NCBI GenBank assembly: GCA_028700905.1
Contig: JAQVRT010000011.1
Coordinates: forward strand, 1 to 14,988
Reading direction: 5' to 3'
Length of the DNA: 14,988 nt
Source of the DNA: Candidatus Iainarchaeum sp.
GTDB taxonomy: Archaea; Iainarchaeota; Iainarchaeia; Iainarchaeales; CSSED10-239
Shown here: piece by piece, positions 6,544-14,378 of the stretch
How the letters are laid out: every line of letters starts with the position of its first letter
Position numbering within the stretch: the stretch's first letter is position 1
Translations under genes and position numbers: made by a program
Notes under the pieces: model-generated
What the model was told of the DNA's origin: nothing
What the model saw: the letters and a program-made list of their open reading frames with translations, nothing else
Database searches by the model: none

Positions 6544-8645
6544 TCTTCTAAACCTAATTTTAAAATATCTAAATAACCAGTAATCTCATTTTCCATAATT
6601 GGGTTTGCACTTGTGATTACTATTTTTTGTTTATAAAGTGGAGCATCAAGAACAATACTTTCATATTCTCCTCCTTCTCCTGCAACATTAATGCCTTTCT
6701 TTTTATTAATTATCTTTAAGTTAATGACGTCTTCTTTAGTTAAAACTTTTCCAAGCCAATTTTCTGAAAGTCCTTGTCCTGCAATCTTTACAATCATTAC
6801 TTTGAAATTATCATCAATAAGTTCTTTTAAAACACCTTCTTGTGTTTTGTTCCAAAGAGGAGAAAACATTCTTAAACCAAGTTCATTACAAACATCTTGT
6901 ATTCTTTCTCTTTGATAATTACTTTTTATAGCTCCAGTAATTATTCCTTGAAGAGAATATTTTTCTTTTGCTTTAAAGAGTAATCTTTTAAGGTCTTTAA
7001 GTTCTTCTTCTTTAATTCCTTTTGTTTTTTGAAAAACAAAAGGCACTTCTAATGCTTGAGACTGAAGAGAAAGTATTTTTTCATCAATTTTTTGAAACAT
7101 ATAAGAATCTGGGTTTTCAGTGACCATTGTCATTAAGCATGCAATCTTATAATTTTGTCTTGCCATAATGTGATATGCAAGGTTTGAATCTTTTCCACCT
7201 GAGAAAAGACATCCTAAAGTAAGGTTTTCTTTTTTTGAAAGTTTTTTTAAAAATTCACCTTTTTGTTTAACATTATTTTCTTTTGCTATTTTTTCAATCA
7301 TTTTATCAAATCCACTTCCGTATTGTGCTGCTGTTTTTTTCCTCTTGTAATCTTCTTTTAAAAGACCAATTTCTTTTCCAATCTCTCTTAAGATTACTTT
7401 ATTTTCTTCATTATTAATTTTTTGTTTGTCTGTAAGATTAAAAGATTCTTCAATAACTTCTTTATCAAGATATGGAAATCTTGCTTCTATGTTATTATTT
7501 GTACAAACCACATCTTCTCTATAAAGATCATTTTCATGCATTTGGTATAAAAGGTTTAAAGTATCTTTTAAAAGATTTGTTGATTCTTTAAATCTTGAAT
7601 ATCCTGCAAATATTTCATCAGAACCTAGTCCTGAAAGAATAACTTTACAACCATCTTTTCTTGCTTTTTTTGAAGCAAAGTATATAGGTAAGGACACACC
7701 AATTTTTATAGGGTTTGATGACTCTACTCTCTCTATAAGTAAAGGTAATGTTTTTTCAATTTCTGTTTTAGAAATTTTTATTTTTTCAATAGAAAAACCA
7801 TATTCTTTTTCTGTTCTTAAAACATTTGAAAGATCTTTAGGGTTTAAAACATCTTGAGAATATGCAAAATACCCTTTAAAAGGAATTTTATTATCTTTTA
7901 ATATTTTTGCAATAACTAAAGAATCTATTCCTGAACTATATAAAAGAGCAATTTTTTGTTTTCCAGAAGCTCTTTTTAAAATTGCATTTTTTAGTTTTTC
8001 ATATACTTTCTCTTTTGTTGTTTTTCTATTTTCTATTTTAAAGAATGGTATTTGTTTAAAACTAATTTTATTTTTTAAAACATTATAAGAAAGTTCTTTT
8101 CTAGGATCTAGAAATTCAATTTTTTTAAAACCTGCATTTTCTAAAACTTTTTTTTCTGAAGCAAACCCAAATGATTTTTCTTCTATTGAATACCATAAAG
8201 GCTTTATCCCTAATATATCTCTTCTTAAATAAATTTCTCTACCATCATAATAACATATAGCATAAGGTCCATTAATTTCAGTAAATATTTTTTTTCCAAT
8301 CTTTATTATTGCTTTAAGTAAAAAATCAGAATCATTTTTTGAATCTATTTTGTATTTAGAAGAAAGTTCTTTGTAATTATATATTTCACAATTAGATAAA
8401 AGTACTTTTTTATCAATAATAATAGGTTGTGAAACATTTCCTGTTATAGAAAGTAAGTTGTGTCCAAAAACCACATCGTCAGGGATGTTTTTATGTTCTA
8501 TTTCTTTAATCTCTTTAAAATAACTACACTTATCATTACAAAAAACTCCATATCCATCAAGACCTCTTTTTTCTAAAGTTTTAAAAGCAGAGATTATTTC
8601 TTTTTTAGTTTCTTTAAGGTTTACAAAACCAATTATTGAGCACAT
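6537..8645 (-). CDS. Fusion protein: class-II (Ntn) glutamine amidotransferase + asparagine-synthetase-B-like PP-loop synthetase + Dph6/MJ0570-type diphthine-ammonia ligase (DUF71, Diphthami_syn_2) domain
   Basis: aa 1-~445 (nt ~7311-8645): 'MCSIIGF' (Cys2 nucleophile), 'NCEIYNYKEL', 'NGPYAICYYDGREIYLRRDILGIKPLWY', PP-loop 'LLYSSGIDS', 'ILSGLGSDEIFAGY', 'REDVVCTNNNIEARFPYLD'. aa ~474-702 (nt 6540-~7226): 'GCLFSGGKDSNLA', 'YMFQ', 'GIITGAIKSNYQRERIQDVCNELGLRMFSPLWNK', 'GINVAGEGGEYESIVLDAPLY', matching the MJ0570/Dph6 ATP pyrophosphatase family end to end. It is a single uninterrupted ORF with a K/E-rich linker at aa ~446-473. Confidence 0.8.
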   Translation of the reverse strand: MCSIIGFVNLKETKKEIISAFKTLEKRGLDGYGVFCNDKCSYFKEIKEIEHKNIPDDVVFGHNLLSITGNVSQPIIIDKKVLLSNCEIYNYKELSSKYKIDSKNDSDFLLKAIIKIGKKIFTEINGPYAICYYDGREIYLRRDILGIKPLWYSIEEKSFGFASEKKVLENAGFKKIEFLDPRKELSYNVLKNKISFKQIPFFKIENRKTTKEKVYEKLKNAILKRASGKQKIALLYSSGIDSLVIAKILKDNKIPFKGYFAYSQDVLNPKDLSNVLRTEKEYGFSIEKIKISKTEIEKTLPLLIERVESSNPIKIGVSLPIYFASKKARKDGCKVILSGLGSDEIFAGYSRFKESTNLLKDTLNLLYQMHENDLYREDVVCTNNNIEARFPYLDKEVIEESFNLTDKQKINNEENKVILREIGKEIGLLKEDYKRKKTAAQYGSGFDKMIEKIAKENNVKQKGEFLKKLSKKENLTLGCLFSGGKDSNLAYHIMARQNYKIACLMTMVTENPDSYMFQKIDEKILSLQSQALEVPFVFQKTKGIKEEELKDLKRLLFKAKEKYSLQGIITGAIKSNYQRERIQDVCNELGLRMFSPLWNKTQEGVLKELIDDNFKVMIVKIAGQGLSENWLGKVLTKEDVINLKIINKKKGINVAGEGGEYESIVLDAPLYKQKIVITSANPIMENEITGYLDILKLGLEEK

Positions 8646-8671
8646 AGTTTTTTTGTAATTTAAAGGTTAGG

Positions 8672-8677
8672 TATAAA
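8672..8677 (-). promoter_or_regulatory. Candidate TATA box (TTTATA on the minus strand) for the AsnB-Dph6 gene
   Basis: TATAAA at 8672-8677 reads TTTATA on the coding strand, 27-32 nt upstream of the start codon at 8645. This is consistent with a leaderless mRNA. Confidence 0.3.
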
Positions 8678-8771
8678 TACTTATTGATACAAATATTCTT
8701 TAATACTTTTTATTTTGAAAAGTTTAGAAAGATTTAAGATAACCTTTTTAAATCTTTTTAAGTATATTATA

Positions 8772-8780
8772 TATATAAAT
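8772..8780 (+). promoter_or_regulatory. Candidate TATA box (TATATAAAT) for top6B-top6A
   Basis: It lies 19-27 nt upstream of the ATG at 8799, in the divergent intergenic region shared with the AsnB-Dph6 gene. Confidence 0.3.
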
Positions 8781-8798
8781 ATATTTTAGTGATACTTT

Positions 8799-10526
8799 AT
8801 GAGTAATGAAAAAACAACAAAACAAGAAACTCAAGTTTCAAAAGATGGAATAGATGCTAATGTTTTATTCTCTGAATTTAAAGAACATTCAGTTGCTGAC
8901 TTTTTTAAAAAAAACAGACAAATGTTAGGACTTTATGGAAAACAAAGAACTTTAACAACAATTATTCACGAACTTGTTACAAATTCTTTAGATGCTTGTG
9001 AAGAAGCAGGTATCTTACCTGAGATTGAAGTTAAGATTTCAGAGATTGGAGAAGAATACTATGAAATATCTGTAATGGATAATGGTCCTGGTATTCCAGA
9101 AAACAAAATTGGTTCTGCTTTAGGAAAACTTCTTGCTGGAACTAAATTTCATAGGTTAGTTCAGACAAGAGGACAACAAGGAATTGGTGTTTCAGGAATT
9201 ATTTTATTTTCTCAAATTACAACTGGAAAACCAACAAAAGTTATTTCTGGAACTTCAAAGGAAAGAGCTGTTTCTTTAGAAATAACAATTGATTCAAAAA
9301 CTAATTCTCCAAAAATGACAAATAAAGTATATTTAGAAAAAAAATTTAGAGGTACTGGAATAAAAGCTAAATTTAAAGAAATCCAGTATAAGAAAGGACA
9401 AGGTTCTGTTGATGAATATTTAAGAAGAACTGCTATTGCAAATCCTCATGCAACTATAGTTTTCCAAGATCCTTTCCAAGAAGTTACAAAATATGAAAGA
9501 ATAGTTAAAACTTTACCAAAGATACCAAAACAAGTAAAACCTCACCCTAGAGGAGTTACTGTTGATGAATTATTATCTCTTGCAAGATATACTTCTGCAA
9601 GAAAAATATCTTCTTATCTTATGTTAACTTTTGATAGATTTGGTCAAACTGCAGTTGATTCAATTGCAAAAATGATTCATTTTGATATTAATAAAGATCC
9701 AAGAAAAATAACTTGGGAAGAAGCAGAAGAAATTGTTTCTGCTATCAAGAAAACTAAATTTATTGCACCAAATACAAATAACTTAGTTCCAATTGGTGAA
9801 AATTTTATTGAAAAGTCTTTACAAACAATTGTTGAGCCTGAATTTTGCTTTGTGTATACAAGAAAGCCTTCTGTTTACAAAGGAGGATATGCTTTCCAAG
9901 TTGAAGTTGCTGTTGCTTTTGGAGGTAATGCAGGACGTCTTGTAAGTGTTTCTTCTCCTAAGGCAAAAAACAGAAAAGATTCTCTTGATGATCAAGAAGA
10001 TACTAAAGAAGTTAGAGTTTCTGAAATAATAAGATATGCAAATAAATCTCCTCTTTTATTTGATGCAGGAGGTTGTGCAATTACAAAAACTGTTCAATCT
10101 ATTGATTGGAAAAGATATGGAATTCATAATTTTGAATCTGCTCCAGTAACTGTTTTTGTAAATTTAATTTCTGTGCATATCCCTTACACTTCAGCTGGTA
10201 AATCTGCAATTGCTGATGAAGAAGAAATTTTAGTTGAAACAAAGCTTGCTTTAATGGATGTTTCAAGAAGACTTGGAAGATATATTATTGATAAAAAGAA
10301 AGAAGCTGAAAAATTAGAAAAAAGAAAAGTCTTTGCAAAATATGCTCCTGAAATTGTTCAAGCCCTTTCAAGAATAACAGGTGCTGATGCTACTAAACTT
10401 CAAAAGAATTTAGATAAAATGGTTCTTGAAAAATTAAAAATGGAAGATTTAGAAGATCAAAAGCAAAAAGCAAAAGATGACAAGATAGAAGAAGAAATTG
10501 AAGAAGAAGAAGAAATTGAAGAATGA
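8799..10526 (+). CDS. top6B: DNA topoisomerase VI subunit B (GHKL ATPase)
   Basis: 'SVADFFKKNRQMLGL', Bergerat-fold motifs 'ELVTNSLDA', 'DNGPGIP', 'GQQGIGVSG', and the transducer region. It has an acidic low-complexity C-terminal tail (EEEIEEEEEIEE) and is followed directly by top6A. Confidence 0.95.
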   Translation: MSNEKTTKQETQVSKDGIDANVLFSEFKEHSVADFFKKNRQMLGLYGKQRTLTTIIHELVTNSLDACEEAGILPEIEVKISEIGEEYYEISVMDNGPGIPENKIGSALGKLLAGTKFHRLVQTRGQQGIGVSGIILFSQITTGKPTKVISGTSKERAVSLEITIDSKTNSPKMTNKVYLEKKFRGTGIKAKFKEIQYKKGQGSVDEYLRRTAIANPHATIVFQDPFQEVTKYERIVKTLPKIPKQVKPHPRGVTVDELLSLARYTSARKISSYLMLTFDRFGQTAVDSIAKMIHFDINKDPRKITWEEAEEIVSAIKKTKFIAPNTNNLVPIGENFIEKSLQTIVEPEFCFVYTRKPSVYKGGYAFQVEVAVAFGGNAGRLVSVSSPKAKNRKDSLDDQEDTKEVRVSEIIRYANKSPLLFDAGGCAITKTVQSIDWKRYGIHNFESAPVTVFVNLISVHIPYTSAGKSAIADEEEILVETKLALMDVSRRLGRYIIDKKKEAEKLEKRKVFAKYAPEIVQALSRITGADATKLQKNLDKMVLEKLKMEDLEDQKQKAKDDKIEEEIEEEEEIEE

Positions 10527-10571
10527 TTCTTTTTTTAAAAAAATAAAACTTTATAAAAATGTGATTAAGAT

Positions 10572-11711
10572 ATGGCAAACCAAAAACCAAAAAAACAAGA
10601 ACTTGAAAAGCACGAAGTTGAGGGTGCAAAAGAAATCGGTAAAAGAGTGTATGAAATTGCAGAAAATATTGTTCATCAAATAGAACATGAACATACTCCA
10701 ACTTTTTCAACAAAGGTAAGAGGACTTTCAAATGTTTATTTTGATCAAGATAAAGGTTTTATACAACTTGGAGATAAAACTGTTACAAGGCCTTTCTTAA
10801 ATCTTGGTGCTGCAAGAAAATTTATGCAAACTGTTTTAGTCACAGAAAAATGTAATGAATATTTAAAACATTCAAAAACAGCATCAATCAGAGAAATTTA
10901 TTATGAGCTTAAGCACACTGTTGCAAAAACTAATGAAAATACTTTTGATGGTCAAGAAGAATCTAATGATGTAATTGTTGATATTGAACATTCTGTTTCA
11001 ACAATTAGAGAAAAATTAGGACTTCAAGCTGATCCTAAAGGTTCACTTTATGGTGACATTACTTTAATTGATAGAAAACACAACAATGATGAGTTTAGTT
11101 GTAAAAACCTTGGAAGAGGTGGATGGTCTATCATGTCCAGAATTGAGCCTGATGAAATTGAAATTAAAGAAGTTAATGCTGATTTTGTTTTAGTTGTAGA
11201 GACATCTGCGATGTATGGTAGATTAATTGAAGAAAATTATCCTAAAAAACATAACGCTATATTAATTGGAACTTCAGGTCAAGCAGCAAGAGGTGCAAGA
11301 AGACTTGTTCACCGTTTAAGATATGAGTTTAATCTTCCAATTGTTGTTTTCACTGATGGGGATCCTTATGGTTGGTATATTTATTCTGTAATTAAGAGTG
11401 GTTCTATGGCTCTTGCAGCTCACTCTAAGTTTTTAGCAGTTCCTGATGCAAAGTATGTTGGTATGACTTTAACAGATGTTGAAGAATACGGTCTTCAAGC
11501 AGTAACTGAAAAAATGAAAGATGGGGATGTTAAGAGAGCAAAAGAGCTTATGTCTTATGATTGGTTTAAATCTCCTGCTTGGCAAAAAGAACTAAAGCTT
11601 GCAATTGATAAAAAGATCAGAATAGAGCAGCAGGCTCTTGCAAACAAATCTTTAGATTTTGTTGCTAAAAAGTATTTGCCAGAAAAAATAGATAATGAGA
11701 TTTTCTTATAG
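10572..11711 (+). CDS. top6A: DNA topoisomerase VI subunit A (Spo11 family)
   Basis: The catalytic-Tyr segment is 'ASIREIYYELKH'. Toprim acidic residues are in 'VLVVETSAMY' and 'VVFTDGDPYGWYIY'. Length of 379 aa is typical. Confidence 0.95.
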   Translation: MANQKPKKQELEKHEVEGAKEIGKRVYEIAENIVHQIEHEHTPTFSTKVRGLSNVYFDQDKGFIQLGDKTVTRPFLNLGAARKFMQTVLVTEKCNEYLKHSKTASIREIYYELKHTVAKTNENTFDGQEESNDVIVDIEHSVSTIREKLGLQADPKGSLYGDITLIDRKHNNDEFSCKNLGRGGWSIMSRIEPDEIEIKEVNADFVLVVETSAMYGRLIEENYPKKHNAILIGTSGQAARGARRLVHRLRYEFNLPIVVFTDGDPYGWYIYSVIKSGSMALAAHSKFLAVPDAKYVGMTLTDVEEYGLQAVTEKMKDGDVKRAKELMSYDWFKSPAWQKELKLAIDKKIRIEQQALANKSLDFVAKKYLPEKIDNEIFL

Positions 11712-11733
11712 ATTTTTTTAAAAAAGAAAAAAA

Positions 11734-12326
11734 ATGATTATGGATAGAGATTTGCTTAAAAGAGCTTTATTTATTTTAAGTGTTTCTTCCATTGTTACTT
11801 TTTCTACTCTTAAGATTGATCAAAATAAAAAAAGAGAAACTGTAAAAAAATATCTCTTTGAAAACCAAGCTAATTTTTTAACAAAAAATATCAATTAACA
11901 AAAGAAGATAGTGCTTTTGTTGTTAAAGAAATTTCATCTATTTTAAAAAATCCAGATGTTTTATTTAATGCTAAAAGTTTTATTGAGCATATTGATTATT
12001 ATAGAGCAGGAACTTTAACTAAAAAATCATGTTATCCTGCTTTTAATAGATTTTATGAAGCTTTTACAAATTCTTTGTCAAACCAGAAATTAGATTCTCT
12101 TTATCCTGTTTTAGAAAAATATTCTGCTTTTAAAAACTTAGAAAAAAATAAAAAAGCATCAAATATTGTTTTTAAAAGTAAATTTAGAGATTATTTTTTT
12201 GAAAAATATATAGAAGTTAAAAAACCTAAACCTAAATTAAATCCTTTTAATACAAAAAGTCCTAAAAATTATTTTACAAAAGAAGTTTCTAAAAAGAAAC
12301 CTATTGTTAGAAAAAAGATAATTTAA
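11734..12326 (+). pseudogene. Membrane-anchored, lysine-rich hypothetical protein gene split by a -1/+2 frame break at an A6 run (frameshifted gene, or a homopolymer sequencing error)
   Basis: The frame-1 ORF 11734-11898 (MIMDRDLLKRALFILSVSSIVTFSTL...FLTKNIN*) has an N-terminal TM/signal anchor. Frame 0 is open from 11874 to 12326 (..KKYQLTKEDSAFVVKEISSILKNPDVLFNAKSFIEHIDYYRAG...KKPIVRKKII*). One extra A in the run at 11883-11888 joins them into a ~197-aa ORF. The ORF track only reports the TTG-initiated tail at 12075-12326. Confidence 0.5.
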
Positions 12327-12361
12327 AAACATATAAATATCTTTTCATCTACTCTTTTATC

Positions 12362-12372
12362 TATATATAAAA
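12362..12372 (+). promoter_or_regulatory. Candidate TATA box (TATATATAAAA) for acs
   Basis: It ends 18 nt upstream of the ATG at 12391. No SD-like motif lies in between, so the transcript is possibly leaderless. Confidence 0.3.
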
Positions 12373-12390
12373 TGAAAAATAAGATTATTT

Positions 12391-14325
12391 ATGAGTGATG
12401 AAAAAAAATATTACCCTTCAAAAGATTTTCAAGAAAAAGCATATATTAAATCAATGGAAGAATATCAAAAGATATATGATGCTTCTATAAAAGATCCAGA
12501 AAGCTTCTGGGCAGATGCTGCAAAAGACATAGTGTGGTTTAAACCATATTCTTCTGTCTTTCAGTGGGAAGATAAAGAAAAATATCTTTACTCTTGGTTT
12601 AAGAACGGAAAATTAAATGTTTCTTACAACTGCTTAGATAGACATTTAGAAAAAAATGCAGACAAAATAGCTTTAATCTTTCAAGGGGAAGAAGAAAGTA
12701 ATGTAAAAAAATACACTTACAGAGAGCTGCACTTAGAAGTTTCAAGATTTGCAAATGTTTTAAAGAAGCATGGTATAAAGAAAGGAGATAGAGTTTCTAT
12801 CTATATGCCAATGATACCTGAATTTCTAATTTCTCTTTTAGCATGTGCAAGAATAGGTGCAATTCATTCTGTTGTTTTTGCAGGATACAGCACACAAACA
12901 ACAAAAGAAAGAATTGAGTTTGCAAAATCAAAAATGCTTATAACAGCTGATGGTTCTCTAAGAGCTGGAAAGAAAATAAACTTTAAGGAAGAAGTTGATA
13001 AAGCAATTACTGATATAAATGATATTGAAAGTATATTAATTGTTAGAAATATAGATATTCCTTTAACTTTAAAAGAAAATGAGTATATTTATCAAGAAGA
13101 AATTAAAGCTCCAGATATCTTGGACACTTGCGCGCCAGAGGAAATGGATTCTGAAGATCCTTTATTTATTTTATTTAATTCAGGAACTGTTGAAAAACCA
13201 AAAGGTACACTTCACACAAATGCTGGTTATTTGGTATACACAAAGGAGACTTTTAAATATATTTTTAATTATCATAAAGATGATGTTTATTGGTGTACAG
13301 CAGACATAGGCTGGATTACAGGGCACTCATACTTAGTTTATGGTCCTCTTGCAAATGCTGCAACAGTTTTAATGTATGAAGGAATTCCAACCTTTCCAGA
13401 TAATGAAACATACTGGAGAATTATTGAAAAACATAAAGTAAATATTTTTTATACAGCTCCAACAGTTATAAGATCTTTAATGAGATATGGAACTGATCCG
13501 GTAGAAAAACATGATCTTTCATCCTTAAAACTTTTAGGGTCAGTTGGTGAGCCTATAAATCCTGAAGCATGGGTTTGGTATTATGAAAACATTGGTAAAA
13601 GTAATTGTCCAATAGTTGATACTTGGTGGCAAACAGAGTCTGGTGGATTTTTAATAGCACCATTTCCAGGAGCCTTTCCTCTAAAACCAGGCTTTGCAAC
13701 AAAACCTTTTTTTGGTATTGATGCTGATGTCTTAAGAGAGGATGGTTCTAAAGCTGATGTTAATGAACCAGGTTCTGTGGTTATTAAAAAACCATGGCCA
13801 GGAATGATGAGAACAATTTATGGAGAACATCAAAAATATTTAGACATCTATATTTCAAAATATCCTGGTTATTATTTCTGTGGAGATAGAGGAAAAATAG
13901 ATGAAGATGGTTATTTTTTCATAATTGGAAGAATGGATGATGTGATTAAAGTTTCAGGACATCGTTTAGGTTCTGCAGAAGTTGAATCTGCTTTAGTTTC
14001 AAATAAAAATGTTGGTGAAGCAGCAGTTGTTCCTTTCCCTCATGAAATAAAAGGACAAGCTCTTTATGCTTTTATTATTTTAAGAGCAGGAATAAAACCT
14101 TCTGATGATTTAGTAAAAGAATTAAGAGAGCATGTTGCAAAGGAAATAGGTCCAATTGCAAAACCTGATAAAATACAGTTTGTAGAAGCTCTTCCAAAGA
14201 CAAGTAGTGGTAAGATCATAAGAAGGATCTTAAGAGCAATTGCTTATGACTCTGAAGATTATGGAGACCTTTCAACACTTTACAATCCAGAGGTTATTGA
14301 AAAAATTAAATCTAAAAAGATTTAA
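12391..14325 (+). CDS. acs: Acetyl-CoA synthetase (AMP-forming, acetate-CoA ligase)
   Basis: Full-length 644-aa match to the Acs consensus: 'FWADAAKDI.WFKP', 'WFKNGKLNVSYNCLDRHL', 'YTYRELHLEVSRFANVLKKHGIKKGDRVSIYMPMIPE', 'YWCTADIGWITGHSY', 'DTWWQTESGG', 'DEDGYFFIIGRMDDVIKVSGHRLGSAEVESAL', 'LPKTSSGKIIRRILR'. Confidence 0.95.
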   Translation: MSDEKKYYPSKDFQEKAYIKSMEEYQKIYDASIKDPESFWADAAKDIVWFKPYSSVFQWEDKEKYLYSWFKNGKLNVSYNCLDRHLEKNADKIALIFQGEEESNVKKYTYRELHLEVSRFANVLKKHGIKKGDRVSIYMPMIPEFLISLLACARIGAIHSVVFAGYSTQTTKERIEFAKSKMLITADGSLRAGKKINFKEEVDKAITDINDIESILIVRNIDIPLTLKENEYIYQEEIKAPDILDTCAPEEMDSEDPLFILFNSGTVEKPKGTLHTNAGYLVYTKETFKYIFNYHKDDVYWCTADIGWITGHSYLVYGPLANAATVLMYEGIPTFPDNETYWRIIEKHKVNIFYTAPTVIRSLMRYGTDPVEKHDLSSLKLLGSVGEPINPEAWVWYYENIGKSNCPIVDTWWQTESGGFLIAPFPGAFPLKPGFATKPFFGIDADVLREDGSKADVNEPGSVVIKKPWPGMMRTIYGEHQKYLDIYISKYPGYYFCGDRGKIDEDGYFFIIGRMDDVIKVSGHRLGSAEVESALVSNKNVGEAAVVPFPHEIKGQALYAFIILRAGIKPSDDLVKELREHVAKEIGPIAKPDKIQFVEALPKTSSGKIIRRILRAIAYDSEDYGDLSTLYNPEVIEKIKSKKI

Positions 14326-14345
14326 TTCTTTTTTTAAAATGATTT

Positions 14346-14374
14346 ATAATAGTGGTTATAATAACCACCATTAT
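14346..14374. terminator. Hairpin between convergent acs and porB-like genes (candidate bidirectional terminator)
   Basis: ATAATAGTGGTTAT (14346-14359) and ATAACCACCATTAT (14361-14374) form an inverted repeat with one mismatch. The core GTGGTTAT/ATAACCAC is perfect. T-runs flank it on both sides (14329-14335 and 14376-14380). Confidence 0.45.
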
Positions 14375-14378
14375 ATTT

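Noticed and set aside
6691-6915. 74-aa plus-strand ORF
   Set aside because: It lies antisense to the strongly conserved Dph6-like domain coding region.
10440-10526. Acidic poly-Glu/Lys tail of Top6B as an unusual appended domain
   Set aside because: It is a short low-complexity extension with no domain-like pattern. Such tails are common in AT-rich genomes because GAA and AAA codons are favoured.
10522-10571. Recurring 'AATGATT...TTCTTTTTTTAAAAAA' strings after top6B, top6A (11731-11740) and acs (14326-14345) as further copies of the cassette-flanking repeat
   Set aside because: Only the short ATGATT and T/A-run parts are shared. They lack the AACAATCAT arm, so the similarity is at a level expected for oligo-T terminator regions in AT-rich sequence.
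10393-10731. 112-aa minus-strand ORF and the 61-aa plus-strand ORF (10498-10683) spanning the top6B/top6A junction
   Set aside because: Both overlap the ends of top6B and top6A. Their translations are low-complexity (L/F/K-rich), derived from the poly-GAA/AAA acidic tail region. There is no independent support.
13079-13309. 76-aa alternative-frame ORF within acs
   Set aside because: It is an out-of-frame overlap with a full-length, highly conserved acs reading frame.
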